A DNA stretch of 63,967 nt, filler included. It is 10 parts of 10 records of this genome, joined end to end, with 100 filler letters (N's around TTAATTAATTAA, not from the genome) between each part and the next. Parts side by side here need not be neighbours in the genome. Positions count along the whole stretch, not along the records: positions 48,150 to 63,967 come from SRR11831586_1692; 9 more parts are not named here. The stretch is one strand, 5' to 3'. The translations under genes were made by a program, and so were the position numbers. The notes beneath the pieces are model-generated. The model was not told the origin of the DNA and searched no databases. It worked only from the letters and a program-made list of their open reading frames with translations. This document shows, in pieces, positions 52,506 through 63,967 of the stretch (position 1 is its first letter; every line of letters starts with the position of its first letter).

Positions 52506-53939
52506 TCAAACGAGTTGTTTACGCTGGTTTGACGGCGGAATGGATAAAGACTCTCGGTACTTCGCAACAGTGCGGCGTGCCACCATGATACCTTGTTCCG
52601 ACAGCAAAGAGGTTAACTTGCTGTCGCTCAACGGTTTCGCTGGGTTTTCCGCCGCGATTAATTTCTTCACCAGCGCACGAATCGCCGTGGAGGAAGCTTC
52701 GCCGCCGCCCTCGGTATTGACGTGACTGGAAAAGAAATACTTCAGTTCAAAAATGCCTCGTGGACTATGCAGGTATTTTTGCGTGGTCACGCGAGATATC
52801 GTCGATTCATGCATTTCGACAGCCTGGGCGATATCGGCCAGTACCATCGGTTTCATATATTCTTCACCTTGCTCAAAGAAGGCTTGCTGCTGTTCAACGA
52901 TACAGCGACTCACGCGCAGTAGCGTATCGTTACGGCTTTCCAGACTCTTGATCAACCATTTGGCATCCTGCAGATTGCTGCGGATAAACTGGCTGTCACC
53001 ATCGTTGCGCGCGTTATTGCACATCGAGGCGTAGTGCTGGTTGATTTGCAGACGCGGAATGCTGTCACTGTTGAGTTCTACCGTCCAGTGACCGTTATGC
53101 TTACGCACCAGCACATCTGGAATGACATACTCAGGTTCGCCAGTCTGGATCGACTGCCCGGGGCGCGGATCGAGCGACTGGATCAGATTGACGGCTTCTT
53201 TCAGCACATCTTCTTTCAGACGCGTGACGCGCATTAAAGTGCGGAAGTCGTGATTGGCTAACAGATCGAGATGATCGCTAATGATCAGTCTGGCCTCTTC
53301 CAGCCACGGCGTGGTCTTATCGAATTGGGAGAGTTGGATCAGCAGACAGTCACGCAGATCTTTTGCCGCCACACCGACCGGATCAAACCGTTGGATCCGC
53401 TTAAGGACGGCTTCAACTTCGTCGATGTCGATCTCTTCATCGCCTATACTTTCGAGAATATCTTCCAGCGGGACAGTCAGATAACCGGTTTCATCAACGG
53501 CATCGACGATAGAGGTAGCAATAGCGCGGTCAGTGTCGGAAAACGGTGTCAGCTCAACCTGCCACATCAGGTAATCCTGCAAGGTCTGCGTCGTTTCGCC
53601 CTGGTAGACCGGCAGCTCGTCGTCAATGTAGTCACCGCTGGTGCCGGATGGTGTACCAGCGGTGTAAATGGTGTCCCAACTGGCATCGAGCGGCAGCTCT
53701 TCCGGCATCTCTTTTTGTTCGAGCGCGTCGGCGGTGTCCAGCGTTTCACTGTCTTGCGTTTCGCGGGTGTCGATTTCTTCATGAGTGTCGATTTGCTCAA
53801 GCAGCGGATTACTCTCCAGCGCCTGCTGTAGCTCCTGCTGAAGTTCCAGCGTCGACAACTGCAACAGACGAATTGCCTGTTGGAGCTGTGGCGTCATCGC
53901 CAGTTGTTGGCTAAGCCTGAGTTGCAAACCTTGCTTCAT
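52506..53939 (-). CDS. rpoN: RNA polymerase sigma-54
   Basis: RpoN box [10 protein letters not shown]. Confidence 0.99.
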   Translation of the reverse strand: MKQGLQLRLSQQLAMTPQLQQAIRLLQLSTLELQQELQQALESNPLLEQIDTHEEIDTRETQDSETLDTADALEQKEMPEELPLDASWDTIYTAGTPSGTSGDYIDDELPVYQGETTQTLQDYLMWQVELTPFSDTDRAIATSIVDAVDETGYLTVPLEDILESIGDEEIDIDEVEAVLKRIQRFDPVGVAAKDLRDCLLIQLSQFDKTTPWLEEARLIISDHLDLLANHDFRTLMRVTRLKEDVLKEAVNLIQSLDPRPGQSIQTGEPEYVIPDVLVRKHNGHWTVELNSDSIPRLQINQHYASMCNNARNDGDSQFIRSNLQDAKWLIKSLESRNDTLLRVSRCIVEQQQAFFEQGEEYMKPMVLADIAQAVEMHESTISRVTTQKYLHSPRGIFELKYFFSSHVNTEGGGEASSTAIRALVKKLIAAENPAKPLSDSKLTSLLSEQGIMVARRTVAKYRESLSIPPSNQRKQLV

Positions 53940-53986
53940 GTTCAGAATCGTACTCTCCTGCTAAAACGTCGCAAACTTCTACCCTA

Positions 53987-54712
53987 TCAGAGTCTGAAGT
54001 CTTCCCCAAGGTATACACGCTTAACGTGTTCGTCTTGTAAGATTTCTGTAGGCGTGCCGTGGGCGATCAAATGCCCCTGACTGACGATATAAGCGCGTTC
54101 ACAAACCGCCAGTGTTTCACGCACGTTGTGGTCAGTGATCAGCACGCCCAGGCCGCTGTCGCGCAGGTGCTCAATGATGCGTTTAATGTCGATAACCGAG
54201 ATCGGGTCAACCCCGGCAAACGGTTCGTCGAGCAGAATAAATTTCGGATTCGCAGCCAGTGCGCGGGCAATTTCTACACGGCGACGTTCACCCCCGGAGA
54301 GTGACTGCCCCATGCTGTCACGCAGGTGCTCAATGTGAAACTCTTCCATCAGCTCGTTCGCGCGGTCTTCACGTTGTTCAGCAGACAAGTCGTCACGAAT
54401 TTGCAGTACCGCCATCAGGTTATCGTAAACGCTGAGGCGACGGAAAATGGAGGCTTCCTGTGGCAGATAGCCGATACCGCGGCGCGCGCGTGCATGCAGA
54501 GGCAGCAGACTGATATCGTCATCATCAATAATGATGTTGCCCGCATCGCGCGGCACAATGCCTACAACCATGTAGAAAGTGGTGGTCTTACCGGCACCGT
54601 TTGGCCCCAGCAGACCGACAATTTCCCCGGAGTTGACGGTCAGGCTGACGTCTTCTACCACGCGACGGCCTTTATAGGCTTTTGCAAGGTTCTTTGCAGT
54701 TAATGTTGCCAT
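53987..54712 (-). CDS. lptB: LPS export ATPase
   Basis: [17 protein letters not shown]. Confidence 0.98.
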
Positions 54713-54718
54713 AACGAA

Positions 54719-55276
54719 TTAATTACCCTTCTTCTGTGCCGGGGTCTGGCCTTTGTTGTTTTTGTCCTGCAGCTGCGACGGCACCAGAACGGTTGTTACG
54801 CGCTTGCCTTTGTCGCTGAAAGCCTGCATTTTCTGCTCTTTCACCAGGTAAGTGATCTTATCGCCCTTAATGTTGCTATCGACCTGCTGCAGATAAGCAT
54901 TACCCGTCAGAACGACAAAATCTTTTGCCAGTTCGTAGTGCATCTGGGAAGCGTGACCTTCAACGGGTTTACCGTTGTCCTGCATCTGGTAGAACGTTGC
55001 CGGTTTACCGTAGCCGTCAATCACTTCTTTACCTTGTTCGCCGCCCGGACGGGTAACGACCACTTTGTCGGCATTAATTTTGATGGTGCCCTGGGTGACG
55101 ATGACATTACCGGTAAAGGTAACCACGTTGCCTTGCATATCAAGAGATTGCTGGTCCGATTCAATGTGGATCGGCTGATCAGTGTCTCCGGTTACGGCAA
55201 ATGCCGGAATGCTGGCGGCCAGAAGTGAGCTGGCAAGCACAAGATTAAGGCTGAGTTTGTTTGTTTTGAATTTCAT
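54719..55276 (-). CDS. lptA: LPS transport periplasmic protein
   Basis: MKFKTNKL signal peptide, OstA-like. Confidence 0.97.
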   Translation of the reverse strand: MKFKTNKLSLNLVLASSLLAASIPAFAVTGDTDQPIHIESDQQSLDMQGNVVTFTGNVIVTQGTIKINADKVVVTRPGGEQGKEVIDGYGKPATFYQMQDNGKPVEGHASQMHYELAKDFVVLTGNAYLQQVDSNIKGDKITYLVKEQKMQAFSDKGKRVTTVLVPSQLQDKNNKGQTPAQKKGN

Positions 55277-55820
55277 AGGATGTTCTAACCTTTTCAATCA
55301 GCTCGGCGTTCTTGCTGCGTAAGTTGCCGCGCATTTTCAGACCGCTGGAGTTAAATGTTGTTCCGTATAACGTGACGAGGTCTTCAGAGGTAACATCCTG
55401 CGTCACCAGATTGATCTGCGCGTTATCCGTCGTGATTCTGCGAAGTTGAGAGTCTGGCACAAGTGCGTTGACTTCAACGTGTCCATATAAATAGAGCATC
55501 CGGTCATTGGTCAGCTTGGCTTTATCTGCTTTTACGGACCATGTCGGGATTTTATCCTTATCAAACGTGGTAAGTACCGGCTGCGTAAACCACGAAACGG
55601 CCTGATCGGAATAATATTCAACGTGTTGAGCAATCAATCGATAGCTTAGTGCCCCTTCTGGGTTATAGACGAGCGTGTCCGTATGCTCGCTTTTATAGGT
55701 GGGATCATTGTTGTTGACGACCACCTGGGCGGTATCGTCTTTTTCGGCCATATTAATGCCGATCATCACCAGAACCGCCAGTGATAGCACAATGATAACC
55801 CAACGTCTGGCTTTACTCAT
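55245..55820 (-). CDS. lptC: LPS export protein LptC
   Basis: Single N-terminal TM, 191 aa, operon position. Confidence 0.97.
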   Translation of the reverse strand: MSKARRWVIIVLSLAVLVMIGINMAEKDDTAQVVVNNNDPTYKSEHTDTLVYNPEGALSYRLIAQHVEYYSDQAVSWFTQPVLTTFDKDKIPTWSVKADKAKLTNDRMLYLYGHVEVNALVPDSQLRRITTDNAQINLVTQDVTSEDLVTLYGTTFNSSGLKMRGNLRSKNAELIEKVRTSYEIQNKQTQP

Positions 55821-56383
55821 ATCGATTGCCCTTTGGCTTCATCCAGTTTGCCCTGCGCCAGGAGTAATAAGTCGCAAACTTCGCGCACTGCGCCACGACC
55901 GCCAGCAATGCGCGTCACGTAATCGGCGCGCGGGATCAACAGTGGATGCGCATCGGCCACGGCGACGCTTAAACCCACTTTTTCCATTACCGGCCAGTCG
56001 ATGAGATCATCGCCGACATAAGCCACATTTTCCGGGGCAATCGCCAGTTTTTCCAGCAGATCGCTAAAGGCGATCAGTTTGTTTGACTGCCCCTGATACA
56101 AGTGAGTGATCCCCAATGTGGCACAACGATCTTCTACCAGTTTAGCCTTTCGCCCGGTAATGATAGCGACTTCAATATCAGAGGTGAGCGCACAACGAAT
56201 GCCATAACCGTCACGAACATTGAACGCTTTCAGCTCTTCGCCATTATTGCCCATATAAATCAGGCCATCTGACAGTACGCCATCGACATCGAGGATCAGC
56301 AGACGAATGTTCTCTGCTTTTGCTATAACGTCGGCGCTGACAGGGCCGTAACAGGTCGCAAGCGACGCACCTGCTTTGCTCAT
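55817..56383 (-). CDS. kdsC: KDO 8-phosphate phosphatase
   Basis: HAD motif DVDGVLSDG. Confidence 0.98.
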   Translation of the reverse strand: MSKAGASLATCYGPVSADVIAKAENIRLLILDVDGVLSDGLIYMGNNGEELKAFNVRDGYGIRCALTSDIEVAIITGRKAKLVEDRCATLGITHLYQGQSNKLIAFSDLLEKLAIAPENVAYVGDDLIDWPVMEKVGLSVAVADAHPLLIPRADYVTRIAGGRGAVREVCDLLLLAQGKLDEAKGQSI

Positions 56384-56403
56384 TGTTGTTTATCCTTGAA
56401 TCT

Positions 56404-57390
56404 TTACACTACGCCTGCACGCAGTAAATCATGCATATGTAACACACCGAGTAAATGGTCGCCATCGGCAACCATCACGGAGGTGATATGGCGGGACTGC
56501 ATTAAGTTCAGTGCCTCAACGGCCAGAATGCCAGGGCGCACACGTATTCCCCCCGGCGTCATCACATCGGCAATACTTAACTGACGAACATCCACGCCCA
56601 TATCGAAGACACGGCGTAAATCACCGTCGGTAAAGATGCCTTCAATCATCATATTGTCATCGCAAATGACAGTCATACCAAGATTTTTGCGGGTAACTTC
56701 CAGCAACGCGTCACGCAGACTGGCCGTTTTCTTAACATGCGGGATCTCATCGCCCGTATGCATAATATCGTTTACGCGCAGCAGAAGTTTACGACCCAGT
56801 GCGCCGCCTGGGTGTGAGAGCGCAAAATCTTCAGCAGTAAAGCCGCGTGCTTTTAACAGCGCGACAGCGAGGGCATCGCCCATAACCAGCGTGGCGGTGG
56901 TGCTGCTGGTCGGTGCCAGCCCTAACGGACAGGCTTCTTTCGCTACTTTAACACACAGATGCACATCTGCGGCGCGCGCCATGCTGCTCTCCGGGCGACC
57001 GGTGATGCAGATTAACGGTACGTGAAGACGCTTAAGCACTGGAATTAAGGCCGTGATTTCGCTGGATTCACCAGAGTTAGAGATAGCAATCACCACATCC
57101 TGTGGGGTAACCATGCCTAAATCACCATGCGCGGCTTCACCAGGATGGACGAAAAATGAAGGTGTACCGGTGCTGGCAAACGTTGCCGCCATTTTTCGCC
57201 CAATATGCCCCGATTTTCCCATCCCCATGACGACAACTTTCCCTTTACACCAGAACATCTTTTCACAGGCAAGCGTGAAATTCTGATTGATGTATTGATC
57301 AAGCTCCGCCAGGCATTCACGTTCAATCGCCAGGACTTCTTTACCTGCTTGCTGAAAGTCAAAACCCGGTTGTAACTCTACGTGCGACAT
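56404..57390 (-). CDS. kdsD: Arabinose 5-phosphate isomerase
   Basis: SIS domain GMGKSGHI plus CBS pair. Confidence 0.98.
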   Translation of the reverse strand: MSHVELQPGFDFQQAGKEVLAIERECLAELDQYINQNFTLACEKMFWCKGKVVVMGMGKSGHIGRKMAATFASTGTPSFFVHPGEAAHGDLGMVTPQDVVIAISNSGESSEITALIPVLKRLHVPLICITGRPESSMARAADVHLCVKVAKEACPLGLAPTSSTTATLVMGDALAVALLKARGFTAEDFALSHPGGALGRKLLLRVNDIMHTGDEIPHVKKTASLRDALLEVTRKNLGMTVICDDNMMIEGIFTDGDLRRVFDMGVDVRQLSIADVMTPGGIRVRPGILAVEALNLMQSRHITSVMVADGDHLLGVLHMHDLLRAGVV

Positions 57391-57403
57391 AATGCGTTTC
57401 CAG

Positions 57404-58381
57404 TTATTCAACGAGTATTGGCGATAACCAGTACAACATCGCCAGCCATACGATAAATCCGCCAGTTAATAATACCCCTACACCACGGCCCGGTTGCGGG
57501 GAGCGCCGCCAGCACAGCAACGCAAAAATAATGCTCACCAGCAACATCACGCTGTAGTCACGACTGTACGCCAGTGGATCAATCTCTCCTGGCGTTATCA
57601 GCGCGGGTAAACCCAACACGATGACAATATTAAAAATGTTTGCGCCAATGATATTTCCGACAGCAATGTCGTTTTCACCTTTGCGAACCCCCGCTATTGC
57701 GGTTGCCAGTTCCGGCAGGCTGGTTCCGATAGCAATTGCCGTCAGACCCATCGTCAACTCGCTGATGGCAAAGTAATTCGCCAGCACCGTGGCGTTATCA
57801 ACCACCATCCGCGTGGCCACTGGCATGATGATAAGCGCAATGCCGAGCCATAAAAACGCGACGGGCAATCCGCCGTCACGCGGCAGCTCTGCAAGCTGCT
57901 CTCTGGTCAGGCTGTCAGTCCCCTGACGTTCAGCCTGACGTGCAAGTTTAACAATGAACAGCAGCCATAGCACAGCCAGAAAGAGGAGAAAGATACCATC
58001 GCTGCGACTAAGTTGTCCGTCATAGAGTACGGAACCGGCCACCACGCTGACCAACAACATTAAGGGTAATTCACGGCGTAGAACATCAGAATGGACGGTA
58101 AAAGGACGAACCAGCGCAGCCAGACCGAGGATCAGCAATATATTGATAATGTTTGAGCCGAGGGCTGTACCAACGGCTAAATCGCGTTGTTCGTGCAGAG
58201 ACGCGGCAAGCGAGACGATGACTTCTGGTAACGATGTACCAATACTGACCACCGTCATGCCGATGATCAGCGGCGGGATGCCAAAGGTTCGGCAAAGAAT
58301 AGACGCGGCAAAAACCAGGCGGTCGGCACTGTAAACGACCAAAAGTAAACCAACAATTAACAGTGCCGTAGCTAAAAGCAT
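57404..58381 (-). CDS. yrbG: Ca2+/Na+ exchanger-family protein YrbG
   Basis: Two GTSLPE alpha repeats. Confidence 0.96.
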   Translation of the reverse strand: MLLATALLIVGLLLVVYSADRLVFAASILCRTFGIPPLIIGMTVVSIGTSLPEVIVSLAASLHEQRDLAVGTALGSNIINILLILGLAALVRPFTVHSDVLRRELPLMLLVSVVAGSVLYDGQLSRSDGIFLLFLAVLWLLFIVKLARQAERQGTDSLTREQLAELPRDGGLPVAFLWLGIALIIMPVATRMVVDNATVLANYFAISELTMGLTAIAIGTSLPELATAIAGVRKGENDIAVGNIIGANIFNIVIVLGLPALITPGEIDPLAYSRDYSVMLLVSIIFALLCWRRSPQPGRGVGVLLTGGFIVWLAMLYWLSPILVE

Positions 58382-58590
58382 CTAACGTCCTTTCTTCAGG
58401 TATACTCGCCGGTCCGCTGAAGATTTTCAGAAAGCCGTAACGGATGCTTAATTTTGACTTTATGCGGCTAAAAAGTAAAACAAATGCCAGCTTTCGCTAA
58501 CCACGGCGGGTAATATTCTGTAAATATGTTGGGTTCAAGGTTAAATTGAGCGCCATGCTTAGAAAATCAACGCAAGACGAAGGGTGAATT

Positions 58591-60190
<1,600 letters not shown>

Positions 60191-60194
60191 GTTC

Positions 60195-60746
60195 ATGCAA
60201 ACGAAAAAAAATGAAATTTGGGTGGGTATCTTTTTATTAGCAGCACTGCTGGCGGCGCTGTTTGTTTGCCTGAAGGCGGCGAACGTGACGTCCATACGTA
60301 CTGAACCGACCTACACGCTTTATGCGACGTTCGATAACATTGGCGGCCTGAAAGCGCGCTCTCCGGTCAGTATTGGTGGCGTTGTTGTGGGTCGGGTGGC
60401 GGATATTACGCTGGACCCGAAAACCTATCTGCCGCGCGTAACGCTGGAAATTGAACAACGTTATAACCACATTCCAGATACCAGTTCGCTGAGCATTCGT
60501 ACTTCCGGCCTGCTGGGGGAACAATATCTGGCATTAAACGTCGGTTTTGAAGACCCGGAACTGGGGACTGCTATCCTGAAGGATGGCGATACAATTCAGG
60601 ACACTAAGTCTGCGATGGTGCTGGAAGATCTCATTGGTCAGTTCCTTTACGGTAGTAAAGGCGATGACAATAAGAATAGTGGCGATGCGCCAGCTGCTGC
60701 GCCAGGTAATAATGAAACCACTGAACCTGTGGGTACAACGAAATAA
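60195..60746 (+). CDS. mlaD: MCE-domain protein MlaD
   Basis: FDNIGGL, TSGLLGEQY. Confidence 0.98.
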   Translation: MQTKKNEIWVGIFLLAALLAALFVCLKAANVTSIRTEPTYTLYATFDNIGGLKARSPVSIGGVVVGRVADITLDPKTYLPRVTLEIEQRYNHIPDTSSLSIRTSGLLGEQYLALNVGFEDPELGTAILKDGDTIQDTKSAMVLEDLIGQFLYGSKGDDNKNSGDAPAAAPGNNETTEPVGTTK

Positions 60747-61399
<653 letters not shown>

Positions 61400-61400
<1 letters not shown>

Positions 61401-61693
61401 TGAGCGAGTCACTGAGCTGGATGCAGACGGGTGACACGCTGGCGTTATCCGGAGAGCTGGATCAGGACGTTTTGCTACCGCTTTGGGAAATGCGTGAGGA
61501 AGCGGTGAAGGGGATTACCTGCATCGATCTTAGCCGTGTCTCCCGCGTGGATACGGGGGGACTGGCACTGCTGCTCCATCTTATCGATCTGGCGAAAAAG
61601 CAGGGCAACAATGTGACGCTTCAGGGGGTAAACGACAAAGTGTATACCCTGGCGAAATTGTATAATTTGCCTGCTGATGTTCTGCCTCGTTAA
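61400..61693 (+). CDS. mlaB: STAS-domain protein MlaB
   Basis: DLSRVSRVDTGG. Confidence 0.96.
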
Positions 61694-61700
61694 ATTTTTT

Positions 61701-61734
61701 CAGGCCGGATATGGCGTTAACCGCCTGTCCGGCA
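61701..61734. repeat. Degenerate REP
   Basis: GGCCGGATATGGCGTTAACCGCCTGTCCGGC palindrome. Confidence 0.6.
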
Positions 61735-61852
61735 AACCTGCCTGCAAGTCGAGCCTTGTCTGATTTATCAGCGAGGCTTTTTGCTTATTTATGCCAGCGC
61801 AACTTTGCTCTAAGATGTTTCGCTGGTTTATTAACTGATGATTGAAGATCCC

Positions 61853-62107
61853 ATGGAAAATAATGAAATTCAGAGCGTGTTGATGAACGCTCTCTCCCTC
61901 CAGGAAGTCCACGTTTCCGGCGATGGCAGCCACTTTCAGGTTATTGCCGTGGGTGAGTTGTTTGACGGCATGAGTCGGGTTAAAAAACAGCAGACGGTCT
62001 ATGGTCCGCTGATGGAATATATTGCGGATAACCGCATTCATGCTGTGTCGATCAAAGCGTATACCCCTGCGGAGTGGGCGCGCGATCGCAAACTGAACGG
62101 CTTTTGA
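61853..62107 (+). CDS. ibaG: BolA-family acid stress protein IbaG
   Basis: GDGSHF, IHAVSI. Confidence 0.95.
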
Positions 62108-62161
62108 GCTATGGGCGATTCGCCGGTAGCGGATATGAATTGTTAACTGAGAACAAACTAA

Positions 62162-63421
<1,260 letters not shown>

Positions 63422-63434
63422 TCGTCTGAGAGCT

Positions 63435-63458
63435 GGCAGCCCCGTTCGCGGGGCTACC
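63435..63458. terminator. GC hairpin between convergent murA and sfsB
   Basis: GGCAGCCCCG-TTCG-CGGGGCTACC. Confidence 0.55.
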
Positions 63459-63468
63459 GCCAGACCAC

Positions 63469-63747
63469 TCATTTTTTCGGTTTAGTGTAGCTACGCATCA
63501 ACTGCGTTCTGTCGATAAACTCATGGGTCTGCGGATCATGGTAGCGTGATGGCCAGATAACCCAGGGGTCAGTTCCCAGGGCTTTCGCAATAATCATCTC
63601 TCCTTTCGGCCATGGGCGCGATAATGCATTCGCCAGCGTTGAGGAACTCAAACCATTTCTGCGAGATTCCGCCGCCATTGACGTTCCCTTCTTGCGCAAA
63701 CCCGCAATGATGTCAGCGGGATGCCAGTCAATGAAATTACTTTCCAT
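63469..63747 (-). CDS. sfsB: Ner-like DNA-binding protein SfsB
   Basis: DWHPADIIA, IWPSRY. Confidence 0.96.
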   Translation of the reverse strand: MESNFIDWHPADIIAGLRKKGTSMAAESRRNGLSSSTLANALSRPWPKGEMIIAKALGTDPWVIWPSRYHDPQTHEFIDRTQLMRSYTKPKK

Positions 63748-63967
63748 TTTTCCTCACTCCTTAAGTTAGTCGCTTTCATTCAGAACACTTCTTCTGTCGA
63801 GCATCACTATACTCCTGATGGCCTATTGCTCTAAAAAGTTCCTGTAAAGAGTGTGAATATTCAGAATATATAAAGATGCACATCCCTATTTTTCAGGTGT
63901 TATAGAGCTGAATAAGTGTTTTTATGGAACTTACTGGAACCATCCCGCGCGCTGCGCGGGATGAGGG

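Noticed and set aside
63469-63747. Ner-like regulator as a Mu prophage remnant
   Set aside because: Core E. coli sfsB next to murA; no phage genes nearby.

Overview
This window is not one continuous locus. It is ten unrelated contigs joined by nine identical 100-bp artificial linkers (44 N + TTAATTAATTAA + 44 N). Six contigs are ordinary Escherichia coli (K-12-like) chromosomal DNA: ampG-cyoABCDE-yajR-yajQ-panE-yajL-thiI; pgk-epd-yggCDFP-cmtA; ypdF-fryCB-glk-yfeO-ypeC; recJ-dsbC-xerD-fldB-ygfX-sdhE-ygfZ; sbcC-araJ; and elbB through rpoN, lpt, kds and mla to murA-sfsB. Four contigs (30018-32344, 32445-34576, 39176-41626, 41727-48049) are intron-rich eukaryotic DNA, probably a protist assembly contaminated with E. 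coli (inference). Splicing these by hand along GT-AG boundaries gives frame-consistent genes that the ORF track misses. The main result is a 5'-truncated, 17-exon minus-strand gene (48007 to 42617, 1034 aa visible) encoding a Cys-less pentameric ligand-gated ion channel subunit. It is fused behind a large extracellular array of an IPT/TIG domain, a CUB domain and two bacterial-type Ig-like repeats, and its pore helix is atypical. All domain calls come from motif recognition by eye; no database search was run.
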